A DNA stretch of 64,000 nucleotides, taken from assembly GCA_020137815.1 (NCBI GenBank), contig CM035358.1, forward strand, positions 8,060,001 to 8,124,000, written 5' to 3'. The notes below the pieces were generated by a model, which had not been told where the DNA came from, did no database searches, and saw nothing but the letters and a program-made list of their open reading frames with translations. Every line of letters starts with the position of its first letter. The first letter of the stretch is position 1. The translations under genes were made by a program, and so were the position numbers. The stretch is from Hormiphora californensis (taxonomy: Eukaryota > Animalia > Ctenophora). Positions 39,041 through 53,620 of the stretch are shown here, piece after piece.

Positions 39041-42000
39041 ACGATGTCCACAAATGTCGACAAGGTGGGTTTATAGCTACTATCGGGCTTCTGATCGGTA
39101 TATTCTAAGGTGGCCCTTTCTTGGCTGTTACTGTCAGCGCGATGCCTGACCTCTCGCATCGCTCTGCTGAAAGCGTACGAGACATAGTGATGCCTTGACA
39201 AGTAAACCCTCCTACTATATTTTCAGGTGGTAGAGGATGAGATAGACTCATTACCGAAAACAGGCTTTAAATAGTCTGCTTTTTGCACAGTGATAGCAAC
39301 ATTACAGACAATCAGCAACCTCAGGGAAATATGAAGGGGGGCGCTCTGCTGGAGGACGGGGAGGAGGAAAATGTGAGTGTTGGTATGGTAACGAAGTTTA
39401 CGTACCCATCCTTTGCCACCGTGCGAAGGTCGCGACTCTATAGAGGGGTTATTTCGTAACAAAAATGTAGCTATGATTGTGAGTATAATGAGTAATGACT
39501 CACAATGTGAGTGTGGGACGTGGGTTAACATCGGAGGCTTTAGTTAGAATTTGATTACTTGATCTAACATCCATCTAACAAGACTCATTATGTCTCCATC
39601 AGACAGTGATATGTGCTGCAGAGTACCGGAGGTTAATTGATAAGATATCAGGGATATTGGAGGGAGCTATAGAGATGGTCCAGGTGGTAGTAACCAATGA
39701 GACGATGGTGTATGGTATGGGGGATACTGTAGGTGCGGACTCTGTCATGGGCAGTGGGCGCTGACCCTGATTCTCATTCTCGGAGCGCACGAGACTAGTC
39801 GGTCAGAACATTGGCGTACTAATAATCTTTGATCCATCTATGCGGGCTCTTAATCGGGCTTAATATTGAGCTTCGCCCAATATTTTATTCGAACAGCGCC
39901 GAATCTTTGTTCTCATTTCTTGGAGTCGCAGCTGACTTCTATGAATTTATTCACAATTCTGACGGCATCCTGTTTCAGAGTTTTGTGGACGCACCACGCC
40001 TAGACGGATAGGCACGTGTAGCAAAAGCAGCTCGATGAAGTCGGATCGACTAAGGGAAGCCAGTAAGTAGAAGCGCTGCAAGATGAGGTTAACATTGGAA
40101 GGAGTGTATTTTGTTGCGAGGCCCCCCTGCTCTTCTTCTTCTTCAGCGTTAAAGACGTTAAGACTAGAAGGGCTGCGCCTCTCTTCTAGGAGGGGCCCCA
40201 TCGTCTTATAAGCATGATATCTCTGCTTGTTTCAGAATACGGTAGTTCACCAGCTGGCAGTAGCACGATAAACGGCGAGATCAATAGTTCTGAATGTTGC
40301 TACAAGGCTCAGCTCACATTAAGACAATCTGAAAACAAAGCGTCAAAACGGTAGCAAAATCAATCCAGGTTAGTTTTTTTGATCTAGAATTTGTGGTAGT
40401 AGACCAAAACGGGATCTGAATTGATGAGGTCGTAGGTCTCCTGATAACTAGCTGTCTGGCGGCGTCTGATCCCGTTTTTATTCTCGTCATACAGTGCGCG
40501 TCAGATCGGGATCGGATGCGGCGGCCGTGGCCTATATAAAAACAGATAACAAGCTGTATCATTACTTGACTGACAACATCTGACAACTTGACAACACGTC
40601 TGACAGGACCTGTTGAACAGTTTAGGAGACACAAAGTACGCTAAAAAAAGCAAGTGTGGGAGCGTAGAACTGAGACGCGAGCGGACTTGCGTAGAAGTCA
40701 TGATGTTAATTGTTTGACAGAGATTTGAACACCGAATCTCACTTACTTCGCGCAGAGCGGAGTGAGGCGTTAGGCAACACACTTAAACTCCCTGTATTTT
40801 CAGCGTGCTTCGTCCGCCTCCATGATGCCCTTTGAGTTTGCTTTGTCACGGTCGGAGAGGGGTTTGTGATGCCCGTCACCAGGACCAAGCAAGGAGGTCA
40901 GGTGCAAGCATGGCAAGTAAGTGAACTTATTGGCGATTAGTCCTCCTTGTACAGATAGTGGTATATCCCGGGATATATATATATCCCCTCTTTAGTAGTG
41001 TACTGCTGCACACCAAGACTGGAGAGAACTAGCATGATAGGGTAGCCCACTTGCCCACTTTCAAAACAATTGAACGAGCTCTACGAAGGGGGGGGGGGGG
41101 GGGGAGGTCAAACCGGGGTGTAGATATAGGCCATAGGTTTATGAGAACGAGTTGGATAAGTTCATCGAAGAGCAAGACTTATGACTGGAATAGAAGAACT
41201 TCGCGCAGTGCAGGACTGGGAATCTGCCGCTCTTTGTACCGAAGTGGGTTTGCATAAGTACGCAACTGAAACTGTGTCCGATCAAAACAGTACTAATACT
41301 GTAATTGGGTTGCTTGGTACGACTGTAACATGTGTTAATCATAGACGGCGCAGGGAAATCATGCTATGAGTAAGTGTCACACTCAAAAAATGCTCATCGA
41401 ATTTCTTCCCCCCCCCCCCCCAGGGACGATGCTTTGAAGGGATCCGGAGAGTAGCTTAAGACAAGCCGGGGGCTACATTGGAGCATGATCCATTGGAGCT
41501 CGGCCATGGAAAAATCCTAAAAATAGAATCTGCCGGCGATCATGGGAGAAGCTGAGATACGCCTGTTGATAGAAAAGCGCAATTCGTGGATACGCTCCGC
41601 TTTCTTAAAAAGAACTATTAATTTAGCTATCTTGAATGGCGATTTGCGAGAGAGACAATGGCACATGTGGCAAGCCCTAGAATTTTAGAGTTAGAGATAA
41701 ATGGGCATTGGGCAGTTTATAATGTTTGTTTGATGATTCAAAAACTGCACTGTGTTTGTCTTTTTTGGAATCTGATTTAAGAAGTTTATCTCAGCAACAT
41801 ATGGCCTCAGACACATGCGTCACACCATTTAATCACTTGCATAATATGCTACACAAGCCCTCTCCTGAGATTCTAATTTTCTTACGTCCGGTCACACAAG
41901 TATAGCATATTATTCAATTATTTATTGTGAATGCTCCGTGTGGGCTAGCTCTAACTTTCCCACATCTAGCGGTCACACCACCTAGGGCACGCAATTAAGA

Positions 42001-43707
42001 TCATTTTAGAATTCGTCTTAGTTAAAACGTCCGTCAATAAAAATCTTTGTATGAATACTGTAAACCTAGATATTTTCGGTAGTATTTTTATTTTTCGGCT
42101 TGGCTTTATTTTTGGTCGAAATCGCGAAAAGTAATTCCGGCGAAAAATATTTTGGACGATTTTACTAGATAAGGGTGCTCGTGGCAAGTTATTTCTAGGA
42201 TACACATTTTTATCTTTAGTCTTTTAGGCCTTTTGCTGTCTCATCCTTGATGTCCTTAATTCAGCATCGAGAGGTGGCCATCATGGCAATGCGGAAAATG
42301 GTGCTCTAGCATTTCATTGGTCTATTGATATTAAAGCGGTGCCAAGGCCAGGTCTGGTGCTCATGGGTGCAATGATTGACTGCACTCTTGACGTATAATT
42401 AACAATATACTAGCGGATCCAGTGAAATGGGGGTAGCAGTTGTGGAGCGAGCGAAAATTATATAAGTAAATCGGCGAAAATAGTAAATTTTGATGGGGTC
42501 GACATCGCGAAAATTTACTTGCCTCGAAATATGCTAGTTTTAGCAGTATATATAATCGAGCTTTTCGATAGGCAAAAACGCCTCTTTAGTATGTACCGTT
42601 TCAAATCAAAACTCGGAAAAGTGTCTTGTCCGTGGCTGAACGTTTCGGTGCTAAGTTGTATTGATAACCCACTTGTTGAGGCGATGGGCGAACGTGAAGA
42701 TAGGTGGGCAAAATTCGATTATTAGTAAGCGGAATCTTGTCACCCATGAACAATGCCCAGCAAAACTCTCTCCCGCAACGTACAGCCTGTCTGAGTAATG
42801 GTAGTGAAATTGTCAGGATGGCAGCTGACTAGGGCATCGCGGGCACCTCTGCTTAGCGGGGGCCTATCGCGAGCATATACGCTTACTTCTCGTTAATTAA
42901 GGCTCGCATATTTCAGAAACTTTTAATAAGAAACTTTTTTTCTAGACTACAGTGAATGGCATCCAAAAACAAAGGCATAAATTCTCTTTTCTGCTTCTTT
43001 ACTGGCAGATACTAAACAATTTTAGGGGTGTTCTATTTTGTTGTGGTGTCAGGCTGAATTGTGTAATTTACATTTGAAAAGTTTTCTTATATAAAAAGAT
43101 TTGCTTTACTAAAGGCGTTTCTTAAAAAACGAGAGTAAGGTATATAGTTGTCGAGATGATAAAAAATTGGGGACAATTTAGCTAAGGGGGACTGGGATCC
43201 GGATATTGATTTAATCAATCGGAATACATCATCTTTTCCAGTCTTACTAACTGGTGTTTAAACTTTAGCACCAAAATTCTCAGGATTTTATAGCGCAGCT
43301 ACCTAGCTCAGTTATCAATTGGCCTGACATCCCTCAGGCTAGCTATGGATCCTACTACGGCGACCTAAAAAGGTGGCTGCGTCCATTACATAAGTTACCA
43401 ATTCTGCTCCTGATTTCCGAGAGCAAGCTGCATGCTGGTGAAGAGAATATCTAATATCTATGGGCAGGAGGTTCTCCATCATGCGTCTTGGGTGGTATTT
43501 GTAACCTGTGAATCATATTGCATAATAAAGATTGGTGATCGGCATTTTGTTAGTCGCCCTACACTAGCCGCCGCGAAGCGCCTGGCTTAAACGAAGCCTG
43601 GGGCCGGATGGCATCACCAATTATAAAGAGCATGAAGTATGAAATTCATTCCAGATTGAATCAATATAAAGGCTTTGGGGCCTGACAGAGATAAATCTTC
43701 CCAATAA

Positions 43708-43818
43708 AAGTCCATGTCTAATCTCGCATTATAATTGGTATGGAAGTCCATGTCTAATCTCGTATTATAATTGGTATGGAAGTCCATGTCTAATCTCGCA
43801 TTATAATTGGTATGGAAG
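43708..43818. repeat. 36-bp tandem repeat x3
   Basis: aagtccatgtctaatctcg(c/t)attataattggtatgg. Confidence 0.9.
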
Positions 43819-44084
43819 GTCGGCATGTCCTATCTCGTCATTCGAGAATTGGTATCTACGCACCTGTTGGAAGTTGACTGATCTTGCTCTCTGCATAGAA
43901 CTTATTGAGGGCGGAGGCTAGGGTGGGGGGGTTTCTCAGCTGGGGGCTTGTAGGTGAGTTTCTTTCTTGGATGATCTATGGTAGGTGGGCAGTGGCACTC
44001 TTGTAGAGACTATGTCGGCAATCTGTATAGCCTCTTTAACATGGAAAGGAAATGAAGTGTGTATTAGAGCTTTTTTCATGCTTT

Positions 44085-44655
44085 GAAATTACGATTCGAG
44101 AACTTTTCCTTGCTTAGAAACTACGATCCGAGAAATTTTCTCGGGGGGCTGAAATTGTTGGGCGATCGAGAAAATTCTACTGCTTAGAATTCGATTTCGA
44201 GATTTTCTCGGGTGTTGTTGGCTTAGGTAATTGCGATTCGAAAATTTTTCTTGCTTAGAAATTGCAATTCGAGAAATTTTCTCGCTGAGAGATTGCTATC
44301 CGAGAAACTTTCTCGCAAAAAATTTCGCGATACGAGAAATTTTCTACCTTAGAAATTTCGATTCGAGAAATTTTCCTTTCTCGGCTTAGATTGGCGAGAA
44401 TATTTTCTTGCGGCTTATGAAATTTGCGATTCGAGATAATTTTGCTCGCTTAGAAATAACTATTCGAGAAAATTTCTCAGCGCTTAGACATTGAGAATCG
44501 AAAATTTTTCATCGGCTAAGACTTATGATTCGTATGAAATTTTCTTGCTTAGAAAATTACGATTCGAGAAATTTCTCGCTAGACTTGTAGATTCGATGTA
44601 AATTTTCAAATCGGCTAAGTAAATTATGATTCGAGAAATTTTCTTGCTTAGAAAC
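44085..44655. repeat. ~31-bp minisatellite downstream of H4 (noisy copy)
   Basis: gaaattgcgattcgagaaattttctcgctta units, same family as 59960-60215. Confidence 0.8.
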
Positions 44656-44803
44656 TGACTGGATAAATTAGTGGAAGACATGCGACTACTTACATATTGG
44701 AATTGTTCTTAATAATCATGGTTTCTTTTATGTTGGGATGGCTTTGAAAAAAGCCTTTGGCGGTACTGGGCTATGCGGCCGGTAGGGCTGAGATGTAGAG
44801 AGT

Positions 44804-45184
44804 TTAAATACCTCCGAATCCATGAGATGGTTCGTCGCTTGCTCTTCATGGGGCATATGACGAGATCGCTATAGCGGTGACAGTCTTCGCTCTTGGTCTA
44901 TGCGCTCGAAGTATGTCATCCAGGCATTCATCGCCGTAAATTATGACAGTTCTCCAGGTATAAACGGTCTCTTCAGGACACCTTGCGGGGGCTTCCGGCA
45001 TAGATGTCAGATCCTGGGGCTGATTCGTGCTTGACCCGTCTCCCCTCCTGGCGAGACGTCGGTGGCAGTCTTGGGATTCCCGATGTTCTCAGTCGTAGAA
45101 TCTTTCGATTGGACGTCTGTGGGCTCGGCTCGTTCGCGTCTTTCCGGAGTCCTTTCGCCTCCTTTAGCCCACGGGCCTAGACAT
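44804..45184 (-). pseudogene. H4: Garbled histone H4 copy
   Basis: Colinear with intact H4, including the stem-loop at ~44740; dense indels. Confidence 0.75.
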
Positions 45185-45601
45185 TGTTTCAGTAGAAGAT
45201 ATTAGGGCAGATAGTTTGTAAACTGTTTGTGTGATTGATTAATGTGATTTGGTTGTGAAATATTTCGGCTGGTGATATTAGAATTTTCTACCAAGGCACG
45301 TTGGTAACTTTGGGCATGTTATTGCGGGGCCATCCATATTGTGCTCTGCTATGCTCGATAACTGTCGTTCAACTATCCGAAGATTCTCTTAGCTGATCCA
45401 GATTAGGCTTTAGGCCATGCGAGCTCTCTTATTGTATCGGCCATGAGGTTCGCTTAGGCGTGTCATGCTCTCACGGTTCTAAGTCCGTTGGGCGGGAACT
45501 TGTGAAGTATTAATTAGCCGTGAAAATTTTTCTTGGGGGATTTTTTCAACTTTTGCCAAATTTTATTCCTTGAGGGGGGGTGGGCTAGCATTCAACTCGA
45601 A

Positions 45602-46123
45602 ATGGGCGGCCCCGAACAAAGGGCAGTACCGCCCGTAAGTCATACTCGGAGGAAAGGTTCTCCCGTAAGTGCCTCGCCACGCAAGGAGAGCCGCTCGAAA
45701 GAGTGGCTCTCCGCCGACTGGAGAGTGATGAAGCCCCAGAAAGGAAGATGGAAAAAGGAGAAGGGGGCCACATTTAGGTCTAGGGCCGGCTGGTAGCCGG
45801 TTGGGCCCCTCGCGTAGATATCAGGCGATACCAAGTCTACTGAACTGCGCCTGAGGGAAGGGCTGTCCCTGCGCAGCGTCTTGTTCGTGAGTATTGCCGT
45901 TCAAGAGCTTCAAGAGGCCGTACTTCGATTCATGATTCTATCTTCTTCTGTGATGCTTTGGGGAGGGGCCAGGAGCAGGGGTAGTGAGGGGTGCTTAACC
46001 GTTGTTGTACTCTTGCGATCGGACACCAACCATGTGTGGCCATCCAGCGGCCAAGAGGTTCACAATCATGCCCAAGTATTATCGAGCTTGGCTCGCCGAA
46101 TCCGAGGAGAAACGTGCTCCTAA
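45602..46123 (+). pseudogene. H3: Garbled histone H3 copy
   Basis: Remnants of YQKSTELL, EIAQ.FK..LRF, EDTN, VTIMPK, LARRIRGE; stem-loop at ~46168. Confidence 0.75.
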
Positions 46124-49100
46124 TTCTTATGGCTTCTTCCAGTTTTAGGCCATATGGACAACGACAACGGTGCTTTTTCAGGCGCCAACCCAAATCAAAT
46201 AAAGAAATTGTACATAGATGCTTATGTGATGGTGTTCATTGGGGGGTTATCATGGTGAGCAATGGTGACAATAGGTAGCTTCATGATCTGAGGCATTTAG
46301 TGTAAATGTCACTCATCGACCATTTGGGTCACCATTTGTCAGCCATTTATCTCGCGTTGTGCCCATTGTCTGCACAAGGCCATTTGTCTGCCATTTTTTG
46401 ACGAAATAATGCGTATTTCGGCAGTAATTTCTTTAAAATTTTTCATTAAGAATTTTATAAAATTTCTTTAGAATGCGATATAATCCTGTTCATAAGCTGT
46501 TAAATACTATGCGCCATTCCGATCGGCTAGTAGTGTTTTGGACGCGCTAAAAGCTTCCTCGAAAGTCGACGTGAGGATGTACCGGTCGCTCTCGCAGGTC
46601 AACAAATAAAACCGCTAATTAACCCATAAACATGTGACTCCTTAATTACTTCCAATTCGACTTGAAAGCGTGATAGAATGTCCGGCCCAGTGTCCCGGGC
46701 ATGAAGCATCATATTATGTCCTGCATAATATACATCCATATTATGGCCTAGTAGGAAGGCTCCAGAGGAGGGAATGGTGAGCCAATGGTGAGCTTCATCA
46801 GTCACAAATTTGGTTTCATTGGGTCATACCATCACCTATTTGTCAGCCATATGTCGCACCATTTGTTCAACGCTATTTGTCAGCCAGATTGCGAATGGCG
46901 CCCCGTGTTCCTTTATTTCACAGTATTTTTATCATATATTTCCTTGAACGGCATTCGTTAATGTCTGTAAGGCATGGTTTGGATATGTAGAAATTGGGCG
47001 GGTAGGTCTGCATGACAGGAGAAGTGGTTGGGTAATAATAATTTGGTATAGCACACTGTGTCTTCGTTCAATCACATCAAGATTAGGAGCTGGTTTGAGT
47101 AGGAACAGGACTGTTCGCTTGTAAGTCATCTCTTCGCCAGTATAGTATGGCAGACTCGGCTGAACACGTAATTGTTAGGTTCGCGAGGAGAAATTCGTGT
47201 CGGTGCAAATCCTTTGCATCGTGGGCAGAAGTACTACATTGTAATGCGGTATCGCTATTCAGAGCGCCAGATTGACACACACGTGTGTCGTCTAAAAGTG
47301 CTTAAAGTCGGATTTTTAAGTTGTCTACCCGCAAAACCAAAAATGACGCAAGGCATCTGAAATTTATCAATTTTTGACGTGGGCACGAGCGCCACTACTT
47401 AACATGTGATGTGACGCGCGAAAAGCATTTCGGCACACGAACAGGGGGGTGTACGAACTTCAAATAAATCTCGACTTATCATGCGAAATTCAATGCTTTC
47501 TCATTGCGTACATCCGCTTGGCGCTCGTGATTTCTTTAGCATACACTACACGGTGCGAGAGTTTGACAGCACTTTGCACGCTAAGAAACCTGGCGGCTAA
47601 CCCGGAGATTCCGCTACAGCACTAGTATGTCGGGGGTCGCGGCTAGTGTCTATGTCCGTGTCACCAAAGAGAGCCGTATTGGTCATGTACCGGTTTTGGT
47701 CTGCTAGGACAGCCCAGTATTCCCACTACATGCTGGGCATAGGCAGCAGCTGTCAGTAACGCACATGTTCCTATGTGGGCTCACGGATTGTTGGTCATGG
47801 GTTAGATCGGAGGTGGTTGGGCGTCACAAACGGGGGTATTTGTGAGAATAAACATTATGGGACACTTACGTGATCAATTCCTTGGCTTACATTTTTCGCT
47901 ATAATTTTTTGTCAAAATTGCGAAATTCATTTTTCATCACTATGATCCTTCATATTTCATTCTATTTCTCGTTCATGTCATGTATGTGAGTCATCCTATT
48001 TTCCATCATTATGCTATTTGCTTTGGCTTTGAATTATGCTTGGCCAATTAGCATCCACAGCCATGAAAATGCATTGAAGGCAGCGGCAGGTCCTCAGGCA
48101 GTGAGAAAATGTTGCATGGCTGATTTGGGTCGCTTTTGGCGACTCTTGTCCATAACAGGCTGTATCACAGGGCTATACGGCATTGCGTTGCAAATTCTTC
48201 ATTGAAAAAAGTCTTTGGTAAAAGAAAACACTAGATAAGCAAAGATCTTTGCTCAGGCAAAGAATAAATCAAGGACAAATGGTCAAACGTTCATTTCTTT
48301 TTGTTAGTTCATTCTCGTTCATTCGAGGATCCACATCTGTCCTAAAGTGAGTGAAAGGTTTGGGTTTTGGTTTGGCTCGCTCTGTTTGTTGCTATGTCCA
48401 TGGGGTTGCTAATGACGAGAGAGTGTAATAGGCGTGTTGGCGGGTCTAGTTTTCTGGGTGTCATGTGATGCTGCGAGATGATAATCTGATGGCACTCCCA
48501 ATTTATCTGAGCCACTAATTAAGGGATTTTCTCAAATTCCAGGCTGTACTTGGTTTTTCGCGATAGTAGTCTCGGGGTCTAGCAATGTTATGAGATCTCT
48601 ATACACCTCAAAAAAATGATGATTCTCTCGAAAAACCAAAAAAAACAATGAAATAGTTGATTTATGATTGAAAGATTAAAACGCGATGGCAATAAAATTG
48701 AGACCGAACGAACTAATTACATCATATCACTCATTTCATTGGAGCTAACATTATTTTTGAGGTGTTATGAGATCTTCATAACATTGGCTGGACACAGTCA
48801 GGTTGGGGGCGTACCTATCGCAGAAAAACCAAGTTACGATGCTGATTTGAGAAATCTCCGCTAATATCATGGCTGCAGAAAAGGTGTCGATATATCATCA
48901 TGATCCACATGGAGCTGTGTCCGATGTTCAGGACACGGCCAAAACTAAGCCTCGGAAAACCGCTCATTACACCTCTCTGCTCATTGGTAAAAAAAAAGGG
49001 GGGAACATGGGGGCGCAAACTAAACCGTCAAACCTTTTCATCAGTCTTTAGGATGTTGGTTTTCGCTAATGAATCGGAATGAAGGTCTAAGCAAAAACGA

Positions 49101-49846
49101 AAATGAACTTTGGCTTTGGTGGCCGACTTGGCATTTTTCTTGTGAGGGCAAAGGATCTTTGGCTATATCCTAATGTCTTTTCGCCAAAGTTTTAAGAGAG
49201 ATTGTAGAACGAAAGGTTAGTCCGTGATACATCTGTTTGAAGAGTCGTAAAAAGAGGCCGAAATCCTGCATGAACATTTCTCCTCACTGGCTGAGTGACG
49301 GCTGGTGCTTCATATTTCATTTTCTGGTGCTCATTGGAAGTATAAAACTCAGCCATACGAAAAAGAGCATAAATGATGGAAAATGAGGATGCTCACTATC
49401 ATGAATACAGCTGAGGAAATGAAGGGGGGGGGGGGGGTGGCGGAGATGAAGTGAATGAAATAATGAATTTTCGAATTTTTGACAAAAAATATGTAAGAAG
49501 TTACGGGGCAAGGTAATTGATCCCCAAGGCTGGGCTGCTCATAGATTTATTATTTCTCACAACTATCAGGCGTTTTGGGGGACCGCACAGCACCACACTG
49601 TCTCTAACGCATAGATCGCATATCATACGTGGCCCACCTTGTATGCTCGAATAATGCGTAGCTGTAACATAGAATTTGCGCTAGTATAGCAACTGGCTCT
49701 AGGCTTCTGAATTTCTATCTAATCATGACATGATATGATAAAATGGTTACGGATTGATCGGCACACGTGTCTTTTGGTTTTGGAGGGGGGCTTGAAAAAA
49801 GCGCTTTGTGCCGTGTTTTAAAAATCAGGCGGGGAGTATCTCAGTG

Positions 49847-50272
49847 TTTACTTGGAGGTATAGGATGTGTACTTAGCTTGGGTAACAGTGCCTTGGTTCC
49901 CTCTGATATTCAAGTTCGGGCTGGCCATCTCACCGGGCAAAAGGAGGGCCTCACAAGCAGTCTGACCTCGTCTGGAGGAGATGTCTTTCGCTTGTTGTAG
50001 TGTCCTAAGTCGAGAAGGGCCTGCTCCGGCGATCCTCATCAAATCCTCTCAAAGATGTCGTTCCAACGAGTTCATGCATGGAGCAATGTGCCTTGGAGGG
50101 CTGACTCCAGTGTCGGGGGGGTGACCTGCTTGAGGACGCTTGTAGATGTATATGGATAGGATTCCATTCGTCTCTTTGCTTCTTCGCTCTTGTCTCCATC
50201 CGACACGTTGTCGGCCGGCGGCTTCTTGGCTTGCCTTCTTCTCGCTTTCTTTCCAGAAACGGTGGGCAGCAT
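49847..50272 (-). pseudogene. H2B: Garbled histone H2B copy
   Basis: Colinear with 61690-62064. Confidence 0.8.
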
Positions 50273-50727
50273 CTTAAAAGTTGATTTGGGTAGTACATGT
50301 ATGCAGCTGGCAGTTAGTGAGGTTATTCTGATCCTCGATGCTTGCGGTAATTTATACAGGGTGCGGATTCTAGGAAGGCTAGTGAGCGCGAAATGAGAAG
50401 GGCTCGCTTTGTAAGCATGGCGCTAGTATTATATTGAGGGCTTATGAAACGGCTACACACTCTAATTGGATCTCTTTGTGCTTGGGCCGTCACGTGTGCC
50501 TAATTGGAGCATCCTTTATTGGGTTCTCGCTAGTTATGCAATAGAGCTTAGGCCAATGGAGAATCAGGGTTTTTGAAACATGAGGGCTCTCTATTCTATC
50601 GCGGAAGTCATGCTCAGTAATCAGATAGACGACCGGAGGGGTCTCGGAGGGTCGGGGCGAGAAGTCAATTGTCCAATCTTGAACTCAGTCAACTACAGTT
50701 TTGGGCAACAAGCCCATCTGAATTCAC

Positions 50728-51174
50728 ATTCTGGAGTTGGGCAAGGAGGGCAACAGCTAAGGCTAGATGGCGGCAAATCTCTGATCTTCCAGGGCTGGAC
50801 ATGGGGTGGGCAGTCCCTGTGGGGCGTTGGTCGTGTTCAGGGCCGACTTTCATTGTACTGCAACTATTATCGCAGAGCGAGTGGGAGCTGGTCCCGCGCG
50901 TCTAGCTTTGGCAGCTGTTTATGGAGTATCTGGGCTGCTGAAACTCTCTGGAGTTGGCTGCAAGAACACACACAGCCCGTGATCAACAAGTACCGACAGG
51001 ATCTTATCCTTCGACACTTGCACATGGCTGTGAGGAAGCGATGGAGAGGCTGAAAACAAACTTCTGCGCGCGGAGTGACCATTGCTGGCAGGAGGTGTTC
51101 GGCGCTCAACATCCCGGCTGTTCTCGCTGCCCAAGAAGTCTGAGCATGGCTGTGGCTTATGTGCGCTGAAGTAA
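50728..51174 (+). pseudogene. H2A: Garbled histone H2A copy
   Basis: Colinear with 62450-62830. Confidence 0.8.
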
Positions 51175-52330
51175 ATCGTCTGAGTCTACGTCGCTTGTTT
51201 CGAGAGGGGAAATCTGGCAAAACGGTGCTTTTCATCCCCCAGAAATTTCACAGGGGCGCCACCCAAATCTAAAAAAGAAACTCCAAAAAGAAACTCTTTC
51301 CCTCTTACACCCCTCTCACTATCCTCCATACGTTTTATTTCCTCAATGCATCTATGTTATCAGTTTAGCAAATATATATCTATCGAGTTGTGCAAGGATC
51401 CCGAGCGATATAGTGACTAGCAAGGAGTTTGACTATAGAAATCTTATCGTATCTATCTGCGCACATTCCTAAGTGGAGAGAGTTATGTCTTGCTATAGAT
51501 CCGCACTGCAGTAGCAAATAAAACATGTAGGGTGTGGCTCACGGATCTTGTCTACAGGCAAAAAAGGGTCAAACAAACACTCATAACAATCGTTGGATGA
51601 AATGCAGAGAGAGATACCATTGAACAGTGGGTCATGAGGAACAGAGTAGCCGGCGTCACGGCGCCGGCTAGTCTGTTGCGCGTCGCAAGTTTAACACGGA
51701 GGCGTTGTTGGAGTTTGAACACAACTGTTATGCAGCGCCGTGGTGTGGCGGTCATTTTAGTGTGTTTCCTATGATATTTAGTTCACAGTAAATCTACATC
51801 ACGCTCCAGTGATGTACACAGTATAAAGATAGACAGCTCACTATGCGTCATTGGCAGCGGCCAAAGACGCTGTGCAAATTGTTCGCGTGTGGCGAACGTC
51901 TATTTGAGACAGCGGGGTGAGAGATGACGAGATTTAGAGAGGTAGTTGATAACAACCAATTCCCCACCCTCTAAAACAGATTTAAGGCGCAAATCAAGAT
52001 AGAACTTCTATTAGAAGTCAGTAGGAAAAGGGACTGTCATTGAGAAGATGAGAGAGAAACCGACTGCTTCAAATATAATTTATCGACATGTTTTATTTAG
52101 AACCTATCTGTTTAGATGAGGTGAAATGGTCCCTTCACAACTGCCCTTCAAGCAGGTTGGAGAGGGAGAAAGATTTGAAGAAAATGAGAGAGATGGAGAA
52201 CAAGTATTGCAATGTTTAATCGATAAGTAAATCGGGATTTCTTTAGTTGATTTGGGTGGGGCGCTGTAAAGGTGGCACATCCGTTGTTGCGTTGTTATCC
52301 TTGCGGTAACAACTGAAGTAGGCCTAATGA

Positions 52331-52808
52331 TTATGGGTCGACGTTCTCCTCGGATTCGTCGAGGGCAGCTGGATATCCTTGGGGCATGATTGTTAGCGCC
52401 TCTTGTCGTGGATGGCTACACAGTTGGTGTCCTTCGAAGAGTGCGCATACAAGTAGGGTCCTCGACTAGGCCTCTCTGGCAAAGCCCATCACAGAAGCTG
52501 CTCTGGAATCGAGGCATCGGTCTTGAAGTCTTGGGCATATCTCTTCACGAACAGACGCGCTGGTAAGGGTAGCTTCCTCAGGAGTGCAGTTTCATGATAG
52601 ACTTCTGGTATTCTGGCCTGATCTCTCGAGGGGGGCAACGGTACCGGTCCGGTACCTGTGTGGGGCTTCTTATACTCTCGCAGTGGCGGGAGGCACTCTT
52701 TATCTTAGCGGAGCGGCCGGTGCCTTGGTGGGGAGCTGGCTTTCGGGAGGCCTTTCGCTCCGGTTAGATTTACGGGTTCGGGCGGTCTGCTTTGTTTTCG
52801 CGGGCCAT
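52331..52808 (-). pseudogene. H3: Garbled histone H3 copy
   Basis: atggcccg...aagcagaccgcccg; PHRYR.G, FKTD, FEDTN remnants. Confidence 0.8.
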
Positions 52809-53211
52809 TTCGAGTGATGTATAAAGATGCAAGAATGAAATTGAATGAATCCAATAAAAATGTTCACCGTTATTAATGTTTCACAAGTTTCCCCTGCCCA
52901 CGGCTTACAGCGGTTGCAGTGAGAGTCATGACACGTAAGGCGAACTCTCTTGGCCTGTGCATATAAGAGAAGTCTCGAGAGCTAATTGGTTCTGCTATGG
53001 AAGAGTCTTCGTGATAGTTTGAGACAGTTATGGGAGTAGAGAGGCACATAATATGGGGCCGGGGCAGTAACATGCATAGTATATCAACGGGCTTTCTAGA
53101 AATTCTTAATATAAACAGCGACTTATTTCAGGCAAACGCCAACTCAACATTTCGCGCTAACACGCTGAACAGTTTAAAACTCTCTAAACTCTCTGTATCT
53201 TCTACTAAGCA

Positions 53212-53620
53212 ATTCTGGTCTGGCGGCGTGGTAAAAAAAAAAAAAAAAGAAAGGAGAAAGGGTTACTCGGAAAAGGCGAGCCCAATGCGTCTTTCGAAAT
53301 TAGATTCTAGCGCGAGATAATTACGATCGGGATCCAGGGAATGCAAACCAGCCTGCCATCCTACGTCTTGCGCCAGGAGGGGAAAGGGGTGTCAAGTCGA
53401 ATCATGTGCTTTACATGATCTACGAGAGACTCGGCGGGTGTCGGCTGAAAGGTTTTCTCTGGAGTAGAATTTATCGGGTCATGGAGGGAGCTGTGACCTC
53501 TGCGAGCATGCCTAAGAGGAAGACTTTCACCCCGTTGCTCTGGATGTTCGTCTTACTTTACTTATTACGCTCCTGAAGGGCGACCGGGAGCGACTCCTCT
53601 AAACGGATTCGGAGGGTTAA
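53212..53620 (+). pseudogene. H4: Garbled histone H4 copy
   Basis: Colinear with 59518-59829; identical 3' hairpins at 53637-53680. Confidence 0.8.

Noticed and set aside
39200-41400. Possible minus-strand retroelement remnant
   Set aside because: Sequence too noisy; no motif could be confirmed.
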